From positions 32,001 through 96,000 of the IMG/VR virus record IMGVR_UViG_3300023074_000001: a stretch of DNA of 64,000 bases; one strand, written 5' to 3'. Of the stretch, positions 19,107-30,685 are shown piece by piece. A program made the position numbers and the translations under genes. Source of the DNA: a virus. The notes below the pieces were generated by a model. The model had not been told where the DNA came from. It did not search any database and saw only the letters and a list, made by a program, of their open reading frames with translations. The first letter of the stretch is position 1. Every line of letters starts with the position of its first letter.

Positions 19107-19571
19107 ATGACGTTGCTATGGATTATTGTCCTTAGCTTGTTGGCGTATCTGATTACTGGGATTCCTGTAGGCATCTATTCCCGTAATAGATCTGTCAATA
19201 AGTCTTTTAATGAGCATTACGACGACAACAAGCGTCTATACTCCAGGGAAAGTGAGGAGGATCAGATTCTACGAGCCATGAGAGACTCTGAAAGATTTAA
19301 TGAAGAAGAGAAATTGTTCGCAGGAGTCTGCGGAACTATATTCTGGCCTTTATTCCTTGTGGGGTTTGCCTGGCACTATCTCTTCAAGGCTGTAGCAAAA
19401 AGGATTGCGCCTATTCTGCCAAAAGCAGAATCTGAAAAGAAAGTAGACCTCATTCTTCAGCGCAAGAGGCTAAGGGAAGAATCTGACAGAATCATCAAGA
19501 TTGCTCGACAGCTTGGCTTCAGTACAGAAGAACTTAAAGAAATGGAATCAATAGTTGAAAACAATAGATGA
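19107..19571 (+). CDS. membrane protein
   Basis: Two TM segments, FWP motif. Confidence 0.7.
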   Translation: MTLLWIIVLSLLAYLITGIPVGIYSRNRSVNKSFNEHYDDNKRLYSRESEEDQILRAMRDSERFNEEEKLFAGVCGTIFWPLFLVGFAWHYLFKAVAKRIAPILPKAESEKKVDLILQRKRLREESDRIIKIARQLGFSTEELKEMESIVENNR

Positions 19572-20202
19572 GCTGATTCAAGAGACACGACGTATTCGTA
19601 AGCGTGTAGATAGAAGAGTAGCTGAAGCTAGACTTATTGCCGGTAGCGGTAAAAAACTACAAGAAGAAATCAAATTAGCAGCTGCGGACGTAGAACTCTA
19701 CAATCAAGTAGCTATCACTTTAGCATCGATCGGAGAGACAAAGCAAGCTGCTGCACAAGAGACAATCGAACAATTGGTAACACGAGGATTGAATAGTATT
19801 TTCGGTGAGGATTTATCTTTTCATCTGGTGCAGACTCAGAGGGGCAAGACGCCCGAAGTTAAATTCCTCGTAAAATCTAGGGGCCTTAACGGGGCATCTG
19901 TGGAGACTGCTGTGATGGACGCCAGAGGCGGTGGTATGGCTGCTGTGGTAGGGTTCCTGCTGAGGCTGGTGGTCCTATTGCTGGATAAGAAGAAAACTGA
20001 TCCTGTCCTGATCCTGGATGAGAGTTTCAGTCACGTCTCGGCAGAGTATGAGCGCCCGCTAGCTGAGTTTATCAAAGAATTGATCGACAAGACTAAGGTT
20101 CAGATTATCCTGGTAACGCATTCTGATGCCTTCAGTGAGTTTGCTGATAAGCGATACAAGTTTACTCTTGTACAAGGAGTTACTAAGGTAAAGGAATTAT
20201 GA
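19555..20202 (+). CDS. Rad50/SbcC-like ABC ATPase, C-terminal half only
   Basis: Signature-like RGGG, Walker B LILDESFSH, IILVTH; no Walker A. Confidence 0.82.
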   Translation: MKTIDELIQETRRIRKRVDRRVAEARLIAGSGKKLQEEIKLAAADVELYNQVAITLASIGETKQAAAQETIEQLVTRGLNSIFGEDLSFHLVQTQRGKTPEVKFLVKSRGLNGASVETAVMDARGGGMAAVVGFLLRLVVLLLDKKKTDPVLILDESFSHVSAEYERPLAEFIKELIDKTKVQIILVTHSDAFSEFADKRYKFTLVQGVTKVKEL

Positions 20203-20365
20203 TGGAGTTCTATATTAAGGTTAATGCAGACAAGAAACAGTTGCAGGAGTTGTTCGGCTCAGAGCTTTCTGAAGATGAACTTGTCAGCAAGGTTATCGAA
20301 CATCTCTACAGCACAGAAATCAAGGATTACTTCGAGTACAACAATGCTCCTCTAGAGCTATCCTG

Positions 20366-21071
20366 AGGGACAGATACTTACCTACACTTCAACTCAAGGA
20401 GAAGATAAGCACCATGAACAGATTTGATCATCAGAGCAAGCAAATTAAGATCCAGCGAGATACTGTAACTGCCGCCTATGCAAAGTACCTGAGGGCTGTT
20501 GATACCTCGCAGTCTTATCCTCCAGCTACTCGTAAGGAAATGATAGCTAAGGCGTATGAGGAACTTAGCAGAGCAGAAAAGCAAAGTACGCAGACCTACA
20601 TTCGAAGCATGAAGGATTTTGATAGCAATGTTTGACATATTCAAAAAAGATGTAACTATCAAATGTTACAATCTTGAGGAATTAGCTAAGTTGCTTGAAT
20701 TGAACGAGAAGTTTTTGATCCTGTACTTGAGCAAAGACCTATAGCTGAGATCCTAGGCAGGTCCCTCTAGAGGGACTAGATACTTACCTACACTTCAAAC
20801 TTGGAAGGAGACAACATGATCGGTTTAGTAATCTTGGGTAGCATGGCTCTAGCTCTGCTAGCTATCGTTGTTCTAGGAACCTGTCCCCAGGGACAGATAC
20901 TTACCTACACTTCGAATCAGGAGGAGGATCAGCATGGAACATCTTAAGGTTATAGCTTCAGCATTGTTTGATCTCTTCTCTGACAAGACTCACAGAGAAG
21001 CTATGCAGTTGATCTACAGATGGTTCTATCAGTGAGCCATCTCCTGAGGGACAGATACTTACCTACACTTC
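20366..21071 (+). repeat. four copies of AGGGAC(T)AGATACTTACCTACACTTC
   Basis: At 20366, 20771, 20889, 21047, each just upstream of an SD and short ORF. Confidence 0.92.
20628..20770 (+). pseudogene. internally deleted, frameshifted paralog of 21093..21380
   Basis: FKKDVTIKCYNLEELAKLL vs FKKPIKVRCDTTEELGRLL; shifted frame EVFDPVLEQRPIAEILGRS vs EVIDRVLQQRVFSEILGRS. Confidence 0.75.
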
Positions 21072-21092
21072 GATTTGAGAGAGGAGAGCACT

Positions 21093-21380
21093 GTGTTTAA
21101 GAAACCTATCAAGGTTAGATGTGACACCACCGAAGAACTAGGAAGACTGCTGGATTGGTTGAGAACTGATTCAGGATTATCTGAGTTGAACAGACAGCGT
21201 TATGCGGTAACCGCAGTTATGGCGATGCAGTATTGGGAGAATCCTCATGAGCTTATGTATTTTGAGGTAACAGTTCCTTACTACATTTATAAAAAGCAAA
21301 GAGATAAGTTTGTGCAGACAGAAGTTATCGATCGTGTCTTGCAACAGCGGGTGTTTTCTGAGATACTAGGCAGATCATGA
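21093..21380 (+). CDS. hypothetical protein
   Basis: GAGGAG SD, GTG start after repeat. Confidence 0.7.
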   Translation: MFKKPIKVRCDTTEELGRLLDWLRTDSGLSELNRQRYAVTAVMAMQYWENPHELMYFEVTVPYYIYKKQRDKFVQTEVIDRVLQQRVFSEILGRS

Positions 21381-21969
21381 CTAAGCCGGGGAAACGTTCT
21401 GAGCCAGCTAAGGCTGGAAGAGTATCTAATCAATTTGTCGAGAAGCTGGAAAAATACGGAGCTTCAGAGAAGTTACTGAAAAAGCTAAAGGAATCTGAGG
21501 AAAAATGATGGAAGAAATAGCTACCGTAAAGCTTAATTACGTTGAATTATGTACCCTCCTAGACTCAGGTACCGTTGAGCATGGTTCGGCGCTGTACGTA
21601 AAACTGAGGGCCGCTAGAGATGCCTTCACGCAGACTCCGAAGGTTTATGGAAACGGTCTAGGTATTAGGATGCAGAAGGTGACTCAGTGAGCAAACCTGA
21701 CTCGGGGGATGTCGTTCCTGAAGGAAGCAACTGGTCTCAGACAGGAAACAAGATACCTATGACTGCCGAGAAAATAATTAGAGTCTTTAGTAGAGCGAAG
21801 AAGGGTAAAATTAAATGAGCAAACCGGATCCAGATGAGGTATATCGAAAGGGCACTAGTTGTGAGCCATGCGGCGGCATAGGAACTGTTGCTGTAAGGAC
21901 TAAATCTAAGCTGACTAACTATGCTAGTTACAAATGCAGCAAGTGTAACGGTAAAGGAAAATATATTAA

Positions 21970-22803
21970 ATGAGTAAAGCTGATGATGAATACACGAATA
22001 TGGTTTTTGACGTTTTAGCGTATGGTAAGCCGCGAGAGGATCGTACAGGCACAGGAACTATTTCTCTGTTTTCGTATCAGCTGATATTTGATATGGCTGA
22101 TGGTTTTCCATTACTGACTACCAAGGATATGACAGCAGGCTTTAAGCATATTGTTGCTGAAATGCTCTGGATGTTACGAGGATCTACCAATGCTGATGAG
22201 CTTGCAGAAATGGGTTTTGGTATCTGGCGTAAGTGGGCTAAGCCTGACTCTAACGGTGACCTAGGGCCTGTTTATGGACATCAGATGCGTAATTTTAACG
22301 GCCATACCTATAATTCTCCAGGCAATGAGCACGGAGTAGATCAGATTTCCTGGATCATTAATGAACTGAAGACCAATCCTGAATCCAGGAGAATGGTTGT
22401 CAGTTTGTGGAACCCTAATCAGCTTGATGAGATGGCATTACCTCCGTGTCATTGGGCGTTTGAGCTTTATGTAGACAGTAATAGGCTTAACATGAAGCTG
22501 CATCAGCGCTCATGTGATGTATTCCTTGGTGTTCCGTATAACATTGCTGAATACGCGCTATTGTTGCATATGCTTGCTGATGTTACTGGATATATTCCTG
22601 GAATACTTATTCACGATATGACTAACGTGCATATCTACAACAACCATATTGAACAGATCAAAAAACAAATATGGAGAGTTGGTCATCCTGCACCTACTTT
22701 AGTCAGGCGCAAAGTTGATTCTATATTCGATTTTGACATAAATAGCTTTAGTCTCTCTGGCTATAAGTATCACCCTAAGTTAACGGGTGAGGTATCTGTT
22801 TGA
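21970..22803 (+). CDS. thyA: thymidylate synthase
   Basis: DRTGTGT, FPLLTTK, LGPVYG, SRR, MALPPCH, QRSCD, GVPYNIAEY, HIYNNH. Confidence 0.97.
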   Translation: MSKADDEYTNMVFDVLAYGKPREDRTGTGTISLFSYQLIFDMADGFPLLTTKDMTAGFKHIVAEMLWMLRGSTNADELAEMGFGIWRKWAKPDSNGDLGPVYGHQMRNFNGHTYNSPGNEHGVDQISWIINELKTNPESRRMVVSLWNPNQLDEMALPPCHWAFELYVDSNRLNMKLHQRSCDVFLGVPYNIAEYALLLHMLADVTGYIPGILIHDMTNVHIYNNHIEQIKKQIWRVGHPAPTLVRRKVDSIFDFDINSFSLSGYKYHPKLTGEVSV

Positions 22804-24489
22804 TGGAGCCATTCAATGCAACCCCAGAAGAAGCAGAAGAGTTAATTTGGTGGCTCGTCTATCTGCTAGGTGGTAGAGTAACTATTCCAACAGATGATGA
22901 GTTTTGGGATAACAATTTACCCGAACACAGACGGCTGTCGGTGGGTCACGACGACCAGGGTAATCCTGTCTTGCTTGCTGAGCAGCAGGTATGGAGTGAC
23001 TTGACATAGAGGCTTTGAGGAGGTAGGTTGTGGGTATGGACATGACCTATCTCAAGACAGAGGAACGTAGGTGGCTTAAGTATCATCTAAGCTTGACTGA
23101 CCCAGACTTGGATAAGGTCTGGGAAATCATGATGGCTCAGTTTGTGCAGAAGGTTGCTAAATCTAAGGCTGTGACATATACTGCCAGGAGTCCTGAACGG
23201 CGAGAGATCTCTCGCTGTGGGTATCCTGTGGATTCATCTGGAGATGATGAGCCTATTGACATGCAGGAACTAACAGCAAAATGTTATACTGTTGTCGGAA
23301 GCTGGGAGTGGCAGTCAGGAACTAGATCTCCGCAGATTCGTGAACGCAACATTAAAGATTATGAAACTTTGCGAGGCACCTATAAAGATGAATGTAATTG
23401 TGCCCCTTGTAATCCCTGACACCAACTAACAAGATAGGAAGCAAATGGCGCTACGCAGACGTTCTGAGATGACTCACTATGTTGATTTCGGAGACCTTGA
23501 GAGTTTCATCAAGGAAACTTACGGATTTACCTATAATATTGCCGCAGCTGAAGAATGCGGCAACGATACTTCATTGACTTACCACATCGATGGCGTCCTT
23601 GATCTTTTTGAGCATAGTCTTTTTGAGCAGATGTTAGCAGGAGAATGGCTTCCTTACAAAACTCGACTTATTCTCAATAAGCTGCACCAAGATGGACATA
23701 TTCCCGCAGGTAATTATCTCATGACTGTAGATTGGTGAATCATTATGTTTGGAAATTCTAGGAAAATTAATCAGGCTGCCATGTCTGCTGCCGTTAAGGG
23801 AATGAAGAAGGATAAGCTTCTCAAAAAGGGTAGTGGCGGCCATAGCTGCGATGGTGGCTTTATCGGTAAGAAGCCCTGCATTGTGTGTAATCCTCGCTAA
23901 AACCCCTAAAGGAGCCTACTTGACGGTAGGCTCCTTTTTGTGTATGGTCTAGCTATGAGTGTTGATCTAGTAAAAACCATATACGCCGAAGATGTTAATG
24001 TAGGCGATGAACTTGATTTTGCAGAAGACGAATACTGCTGGAATGACTTAGCAGATTCAGCCTATGCTACGATAAGCCGTAGAACTGAATGGTATAACGG
24101 TCATACCGGAGAGCCGTGGGTTACTCTTATAACTTCCCAAGGTGATTTTGAAATGCCAGCAGCGCATCAGGTAAAGAAGAGAGTGATTGAATGAACAACA
24201 CATTAGTTATTACTGTTGGTGGGCATGATAGTAAGACTCATGCACAGTTTTTATCAGAATACTTAGGCACCAACGTTCAAATAACAGCTAAGCGAAAGAA
24301 ATGGTATCAACGGCATGTTGAGCATGTCATCAGAGCACAGAACGTCTCCTCAGTTGCCGTAAAGTTCATCAGCGACTACGCTAACAACAGCGGGCTACCA
24401 CTCAAGGTCAAACTTTTCTAGGCTTGACAGCAAGATTTGAGCGATGTAAGCTCTAGCTATCAACAACAACGAGGCAGAAAGGTACCACC

Positions 24490-25005
24490 ATGGCTAAGAT
24501 TGTCATCATCATCGAGGACTGCCGTGACAAGGTTTCTCCGAATTGCACGAAGACTTTCTCTCGTACCCCAGGACGTCGAGGTCGGCCCTCCGTCAACTGT
24601 GTGCCGTGCCGAGATGCCCTGAAGGCTAAGACGGCTTCTAAGTCTGGTGCGGATGTTGCTGAGCATGACTGTAATTCTGTTGGCTGGGATTGCATGGTCA
24701 ACAACGGAGTCAAGGAGCATCACCAGATTTCCAAGGTTGTTACCTGTCCCTGTAATAACACCTTCACCGTCATGCTGGGTCGTCGTGGCCGTCAGCCTAC
24801 TAAGTGCGAGGCTTGCCGTCATGCTGGTACGGTGTACCGTGAGAACACCGAGGGTGAGATGGAGCTTATCCGCGCTGAGGAGGCTCGGGAGAAGGCTCGG
24901 GAGAAGGCTGAGCAGGCTGGACGTGAACGTGCCGCCCGACTTTGTGAGATGATGAAGCCGATTATTGACCGTGACAACCGTCGTCGTAATTTGGTTAAGG
25001 TTTGA
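24490..25005 (+). CDS. zinc-ribbon protein with duplicated C..F...RRGR P..CxxCR module
   Basis: GRRGRPSVNCVPCR and GRRGRQPTKCEACR. Confidence 0.75.
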   Translation: MAKIVIIIEDCRDKVSPNCTKTFSRTPGRRGRPSVNCVPCRDALKAKTASKSGADVAEHDCNSVGWDCMVNNGVKEHHQISKVVTCPCNNTFTVMLGRRGRQPTKCEACRHAGTVYRENTEGEMELIRAEEAREKAREKAEQAGRERAARLCEMMKPIIDRDNRRRNLVKV

Positions 25006-25532
25006 TATGTATGAAATAGCAGGCATTATTGCTTGTATTTTAGGTGCCATAGGACTTATATGTTCTTTAGGCGCACTTATCTATGATATCGCTGAACCCG
25101 TACAACCAGAAGCCGATAAAGTAAATGTGAAAAAGCTAGTGGCTGAGAATACAGAACTGAAGACAAAAGTAGCAGAATTGGAAAACATAGTTTCTGCTGA
25201 GCAGATGGTTAGAAATTGGAGCGCGCCAGATATGAAAGAAACACTTAGTAATGCCACGCAGGAATAATAGAATCGCGGAGGATGCTTGGCTGCCTACATT
25301 TAAGGCAGAAGATGAGAGGCGCGACCTTCCTACGTGCAATAAGTTTCCCCATAAAACCCTATTCACCACGGGCTATCGCGCTCAGGTAGCGGTAGATGAG
25401 ATAAATGCTCGCTCGCATAGGGATGATAAGCCTAAGCGAGTATATGAATGCCTAGAGCGTGCCGGAGGCTGTGGTTATTTCCATACAACAAAGCAAAGCG
25501 AATACAGCGAATAAGTTTTGATAGGCGGCAAT

Positions 25533-25904
25533 ATGAGAACAGAACCCTGCAAGCAATGTAATATGTTTGATTTCTATTACCGGGGAACCTTCTCATACTG
25601 CCGCCCTTGCCATTCTCAGGCACAAAGGCGTTATGCTGCTAAGCAAACTGAGAAGCAATTAGTGCAGCCTCCTAGGAGAAGTCTAGAAGAAATATTAGAG
25701 TTGAAAAACTCATTCTCTAGAAATAAGACCCATTGCGTTAATGGTCATCCTTTCTCCGGAGATAATGTGCGCTACTCAAGCCAAAAAGGCGGGCGCAATA
25801 TGTTCCGCAGATGCAGGGCTTGCGAGCGGAACGCTAAGCGTGTAAAGTATGGGCTAGCACCGGAGCCAACACCTATGACTCTGGGTAAATTGCTAGAGGA
25901 GTAA
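25533..25904 (+). CDS. zinc-finger DNA-binding protein (KTHCxxGH type seen in actinophage HNH proteins)
   Basis: KTHCVNGHPFSGDN...RRCRAC. Confidence 0.7.
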   Translation: MRTEPCKQCNMFDFYYRGTFSYCRPCHSQAQRRYAAKQTEKQLVQPPRRSLEEILELKNSFSRNKTHCVNGHPFSGDNVRYSSQKGGRNMFRRCRACERNAKRVKYGLAPEPTPMTLGKLLEE

Positions 25905-27175
25905 TCATGTGGTATGGTAAGTTCTTCAAAGAAGCTCAGCTTGTAGGTTCAATCTTGATGGTCGAAGGCCCTGAGCGTGCTATTGTGCTTGATACTGAGG
26001 TTGAGTCTCTTGAGGAGGCTTGCCAGATCATGCTGGACATTCACAAGCAGGCTCCGCACTGCTCGCCGGTAGTTCGCAAGCGCCTGAAGAAGGTTTGACA
26101 CATATAGTTGATGTTGCTAGAGTAGTTATATCGAAAGAAAAACTACTGAGGAGATCAGCTAATGTGTAATGCACCGCAGTGTGCTACGATCAAGAAGTAC
26201 GGTCAGAACCAGCCTGAGGCACGTAGGGCTGATCAGGAAAAGCTTGAGCGAGTACTTTACAACCGTAACCCGAAAACCGACTAAGAAAGGCAACTCTTTT
26301 AGTATGCCTAGGACACCTAAGTATCGTTCCCACGAAGTTGGGGATGTAGTTGCAGCTATCGAAAGCATGAGCCCCAAGGAAGCCAAAGAAGCAATGAAGG
26401 CTATTCAAAAGGGCAATGTGCCGGGCATGAGCAGGAAGCAAATCAAGGCGCTTGAGAAGCCCATTAAGCAGCTCGAAAAGAGGCTTGAGGGTGGCGTTCA
26501 ACTCGGTGCTACTGCTGCCGGTATCAAGGACTTCTTTAACAGCCACAAGGGAAATGCAGGTAAGGCTAAGCCTCCTCCCGGCCGTAGTTCCTGGTGGTGA
26601 CTTATGCGTAAGACGTGTTCGGTATGTAATAAACCTATAGGGCCTTTTGGTCACGCATGTGATTACCCTGGGAAGTGATTTGAAAGTAGGGACAGAGGTT
26701 TCTGTCCCTACTCCTATTTAGACAGGAGTGCATTATGGTTTTGACTGATGTTACCAACAAGGACATGGAAGCTACTCTTGGTTGGTTCGAGAAGCTTATT
26801 GTTGCTATTGGTGATGGAATTATGGCTGTGGTAAACTTTCTTCCAGACGTAGTTCTCGGGGGAATTGTAGTTGTACTTATTATTCTTGCCATTTATCACC
26901 ACATCAAGAACTAATGATGTTCAAGGTTAAGAAGACTTATCAGTACTTTGTGGCTTACACCTATAATTCGAAAGACAAGACCTCAATTAGTAATTGGCAG
27001 TTTGGCTTTACTAAGAGGCTTACTACAAATGCTGATCTTGAGGTAATTCGTAAGCATCTATGCGATGTGCATCAAGTAAATCATGTCACATTTCTTACAT
27101 ACCCGAAGTTGATGAGGGTTGACAGGAAGCTCAGGCGCAGGTAAGCTAACTTCATCACCTAGCGAAGGGGTCACT

Positions 27176-27622
27176 ATGGAGCTGTTTGATGCCAGTATCC
27201 TGGCTAAGGAGCTTATCTCTCAGTACGTTCCGCAGTATCGATTCTCCTGGAATAGCCTGAAGACTAAGTACGGTGTATGCAGCTACAGCAACAGGACCAT
27301 CTATCTGTCTCGGCATCTTACTCCGCTACGTACTGAGGCTGCTGTCCGTCAGACGATTATGCATGAGATCGCTCATGCCTTGACTCCTGGCGCAGGACAC
27401 GGTATGCTGTGGAAGATTCAGATGCAGCGATTTGGGTATAAGCCTGAGCGTTGTAGTTCTGATGTAGTAGACAAGTCCAGTATCTCAAACTGGAAGGCTA
27501 CATGCCCTGGCTGTGCTAAGGTTGTCTACATGGTTCGCAAGCCAAGAGTTGTTAAGTCTTGCGGCAAATGCGGTCATGGTAAGTTCAACCGTAAGTACAT
27601 CTTGGAATTCAAGAAGATTTGA
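27176..27622 (+). CDS. SprT-like metalloprotease
   Basis: TIMHEIAHAL..GHG..W, C-terminal CxxC..CxxC. Confidence 0.9.
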   Translation: MELFDASILAKELISQYVPQYRFSWNSLKTKYGVCSYSNRTIYLSRHLTPLRTEAAVRQTIMHEIAHALTPGAGHGMLWKIQMQRFGYKPERCSSDVVDKSSISNWKATCPGCAKVVYMVRKPRVVKSCGKCGHGKFNRKYILEFKKI

Positions 27623-28611
27623 CCGCCTCGGACGGTACTGGTAGGATGTGGAGAGAGTTTAACGATTCTCGTAGAAGCAGATGATCACCAGTACCGTCCG
27701 TTTTTGTTTTCTCAGAATGAGAGGTTAGCGCTATGGACACGACAATTGAAGGTGTGCGTCAGGTCTGGTATCGACAGACCTTGCTCGCTAAGCCAGTTAA
27801 GCCTAGTCGTTGCAGAGATTGCGGGGAGGCTATTCTTTTTGTCTCTTCCGATCGGAAGCATTCCTATTATCCTGTTGATGTCGTGCGAAGTGAAACTGAG
27901 CCTGGTAAGGTCGTTCCTCTAGTAGGTCAGAATCACCTGACTACGTGTGTCATCGCTATTCTGGAGCGTAAGCGAGCTACACAGCAACCCTCAACTGAGG
28001 TGCCTGCTGTCAAGTCTGATGAGCCAGCAGAGGTTAGAGTTACCTTGACACGCGGCAATGAGAGTGTTGCGGTAGTCGCATCGGGCAACAATAAGTCTGA
28101 GGCATCCGAGCACGCACGTGCTAAACTCGCAGAGTATCCTGGCTTTGAGGTTTCTCGCTGGGCTGTTGTGAGTTTGGCAAACTAACTAAGAAGGGTTACA
28201 CTATGAACGAAGGCAGGCGTAATTGGATTATTGTCTGGATTGCCGTTGCGCCACTCATGATTATCAGTTGGGTTTTCTGGCTGATCAGGCTTCCGTTTAC
28301 CTGGTTTGTCAAGGGTGTTGAGAAGGTCTGTTCGTGGGTTGACAACAAGGTATCCAACCGTTAGGGTTTAGGCATGACAAGGTATTGGTACTGGGTAGTT
28401 GCATCGCTAGACAGATCTACGCTAGCGCTGGAATTGGGATTCGATGATCCTATTACAACAGCTGAGCAACTTAACGAGATTGCCATTCATGTTAAGAAGC
28501 ATTTTAACATTGAGTTTGGCAGCTGCGTAGTCACAAACTTTATTTTTCTCAGGACCGAAGTTGTTAAAGACGGTGGACAACCTAGCTAGTATGTAGTAAG
28601 CTTCAAATCAT

Positions 28612-28731
28612 CAAGTAGCCCGCTAACCAGCTAAACCGTGGGCCCACCGAGGAGCGATCCTTATCGGGTGGGTAGCCGAGGCCGTGCTGCGCTGGATACA
28701 GTCTGGTAAGCTAGTCAGGCCGAGCTACTTG
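28612..28731 (+). ncRNA. structured RNA candidate A upstream of lsr2
   Basis: CAAGTAGC/GCTACTTG closing stem, internal hairpins, follows promoter. Confidence 0.5.
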
Positions 28732-28765
28732 TGGTTTGTGGTAGAATCTAGTAAGTTTTAATCAA

Positions 28766-28844
28766 GTCAAGCAGCCCGCGCACCACGCAGCATTAAGTCT
28801 GTGGATTTCGGCCAGCCGGTGAGAGTCGGGCCGGGCTACTTGAC
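28766..28844 (+). ncRNA. structured RNA candidate B, paralog of A
   Basis: GTCAAGCAGCCCG/CGGGCTACTTGAC closing stem. Confidence 0.5.
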
Positions 28845-28917
28845 AGCACGAACGCAACCTGATAGATTACTTCCACCAGGGCAACAACGCCCAAACAAAC
28901 GAAAGAGGAAAACCATT

Positions 28918-29463
28918 ATGGCTACTGTTACTAACGTTGTTCTGCTTGACTCCCTCGACGAGCGGATCAAGAGTGGCGTTGAGACTGTTACCTTCTTCGA
29001 CCCGATGACCGGTCAGGAGATGGAGATCGAACTGGGCGAGGCTAACCGTAAGCACTTCACCAACCACATCGAAAAGCTTCAGAAGTACATCGATGCTGCC
29101 CGTAAGGTTGAGGCTGCCCCTAAGAAGGCTGTTGCCGCTCAGAAGGGTAACCAGAGCGTTATCCGTGAGTGGGCTAAGGCGAATGGCTTTGAGGTTGGTG
29201 ACCGTGGTCGTATCAAGGCTGACATCGTTGAGGCTTACCACAAGGCTCAGGTCGTGCCGACTCAGACTGTGATCCCCGAAGCTGAGACTAAGGCTGAGGA
29301 GATTGCAGTTGAGATTGAGCAGGCTCGCACCGAGGAGCCCGTTAAGCTTGTCGAGGTGTCCTCTGAGGCTCCTGAAGCTGAAGTCAGCGACAACGAGCAG
29401 GCTATCGCTGATGCCCTGGCGTCCATCAAGGCTGAGGTTGTCAAGAGTGGCGCTAGCGAGTAA
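28918..29463 (+). CDS. lsr2: Lsr2-like DNA-bridging protein with acidic extension
   Basis: VLLDSLD, ETVTF, EIEL, IREWAKANGFEVGDRGRI. Confidence 0.92.
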   Translation: MATVTNVVLLDSLDERIKSGVETVTFFDPMTGQEMEIELGEANRKHFTNHIEKLQKYIDAARKVEAAPKKAVAAQKGNQSVIREWAKANGFEVGDRGRIKADIVEAYHKAQVVPTQTVIPEAETKAEEIAVEIEQARTEEPVKLVEVSSEAPEAEVSDNEQAIADALASIKAEVVKSGASE

Positions 29464-30223
29464 GCTTTGAGCAATAGGCAAGCACGGGTAGAGCGTAGGG
29501 CAACTGAAAGAAAGGTTGCCCGCCTCGCACAGGAAATTAAAGACAAACGCATTGCAGAACGTGATAGGCTCAAGAAAGAATTAGCCAGTATTCCTACAGT
29601 TAAGCCTAAAAGAAAGTCCTAATATGCTTCTTGTATTAATGGTCGTAGCCTATTGGCTTGGCTCAGTTGCGGGCACATCATGGTTTATTATGATTGCTAC
29701 GGGGAACCTGCATCATCTCAATGCCTACGTGCCAGCACTCAGCTATTCAGAAGTTTTCTCAGCTATCCTTTGGCCTAGCCTGGTTATTCTGGTAGTATCC
29801 GTGGTGTGGCAAATCATTACAGCTTCAGATTGACGTACGTTAGACCAGTATGGTAGCCTGCCTTACACAGCAGGCGAGAGCATCGATGCTCTCCTGGTCA
29901 CAATGCTTGCCTCACGGCTTGACAGACATCATAATGACAACTTGGAGGTAGTACATCATGACTTTCTTCGAAATCCTCAATGAGATCTTCAAGGCGCACC
30001 GTAGCGGCGACATGGTGCGTAAGCACATTCTGATGGAAATGCTCGATGATGTTGAGCCGACTTACGCTGACACCCTTGACAGGATCGAATATGCCAGCTA
30101 GGCTGTAACCTGAAAGACCTGCTGAGCTAGCTCGGTAGTGTGGGCGGGGGAGTGGATTCCCATAGTGGGATGATACCTAGATCCGTGGCCCACATCCAAT
30201 TTTCCTGAAAAGGATTATGAATA

Positions 30224-30589
30224 GTGCCTCACAGTTTACGCGCACCTAAAGTGAGAAAGTATTTACTGGAAAAGTACGGTCCTGTTTGCCAGATTTGCCT
30301 TGAGTGGAAACGTACTGGTAGGGTAACGCTTATCGATCTTACAATCGATGGCGGGCCGCTATCGTATTCCGTTGACCATAAGATTGCTCGCGCCGATGGC
30401 GGGCCGAATACCAAAGAAAATATGCAGCCAGCACATAGGTTGTGCAATGAAGTTAAGGGCAGCAGTATTGACAATAGGCTAGGCAATATGCCTAAGATGC
30501 CGAGACGCAACACAGCGCCGCCACAGACAATCATCCGTGGATCTGAGTTGCGCTACACCTCAGCTAGTGCTAAGCTAGTTTCAGCTTAA
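30224..30589 (+). CDS. HNH endonuclease
   Basis: CQIC, SVDHKIARADGG, NMQPAHRLCNEVK. Confidence 0.9.
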   Translation: MPHSLRAPKVRKYLLEKYGPVCQICLEWKRTGRVTLIDLTIDGGPLSYSVDHKIARADGGPNTKENMQPAHRLCNEVKGSSIDNRLGNMPKMPRRNTAPPQTIIRGSELRYTSASAKLVSA

Positions 30590-30685
30590 GACATTCACAC
30601 CTAGAAAGGCGCAACAATTTATGGTACCTACTAATTCGGATAGTAAAGAGATCATCTCTCCTCTCCTTCCAAAGAAGGAAACTAA

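Noticed and set aside
20366-21071. CRISPR array
   Set aside because: Intervals are about 90-380 bp, irregular and contain genes; no cas operon (the Cas4-like gene is a stand-alone phage nuclease)
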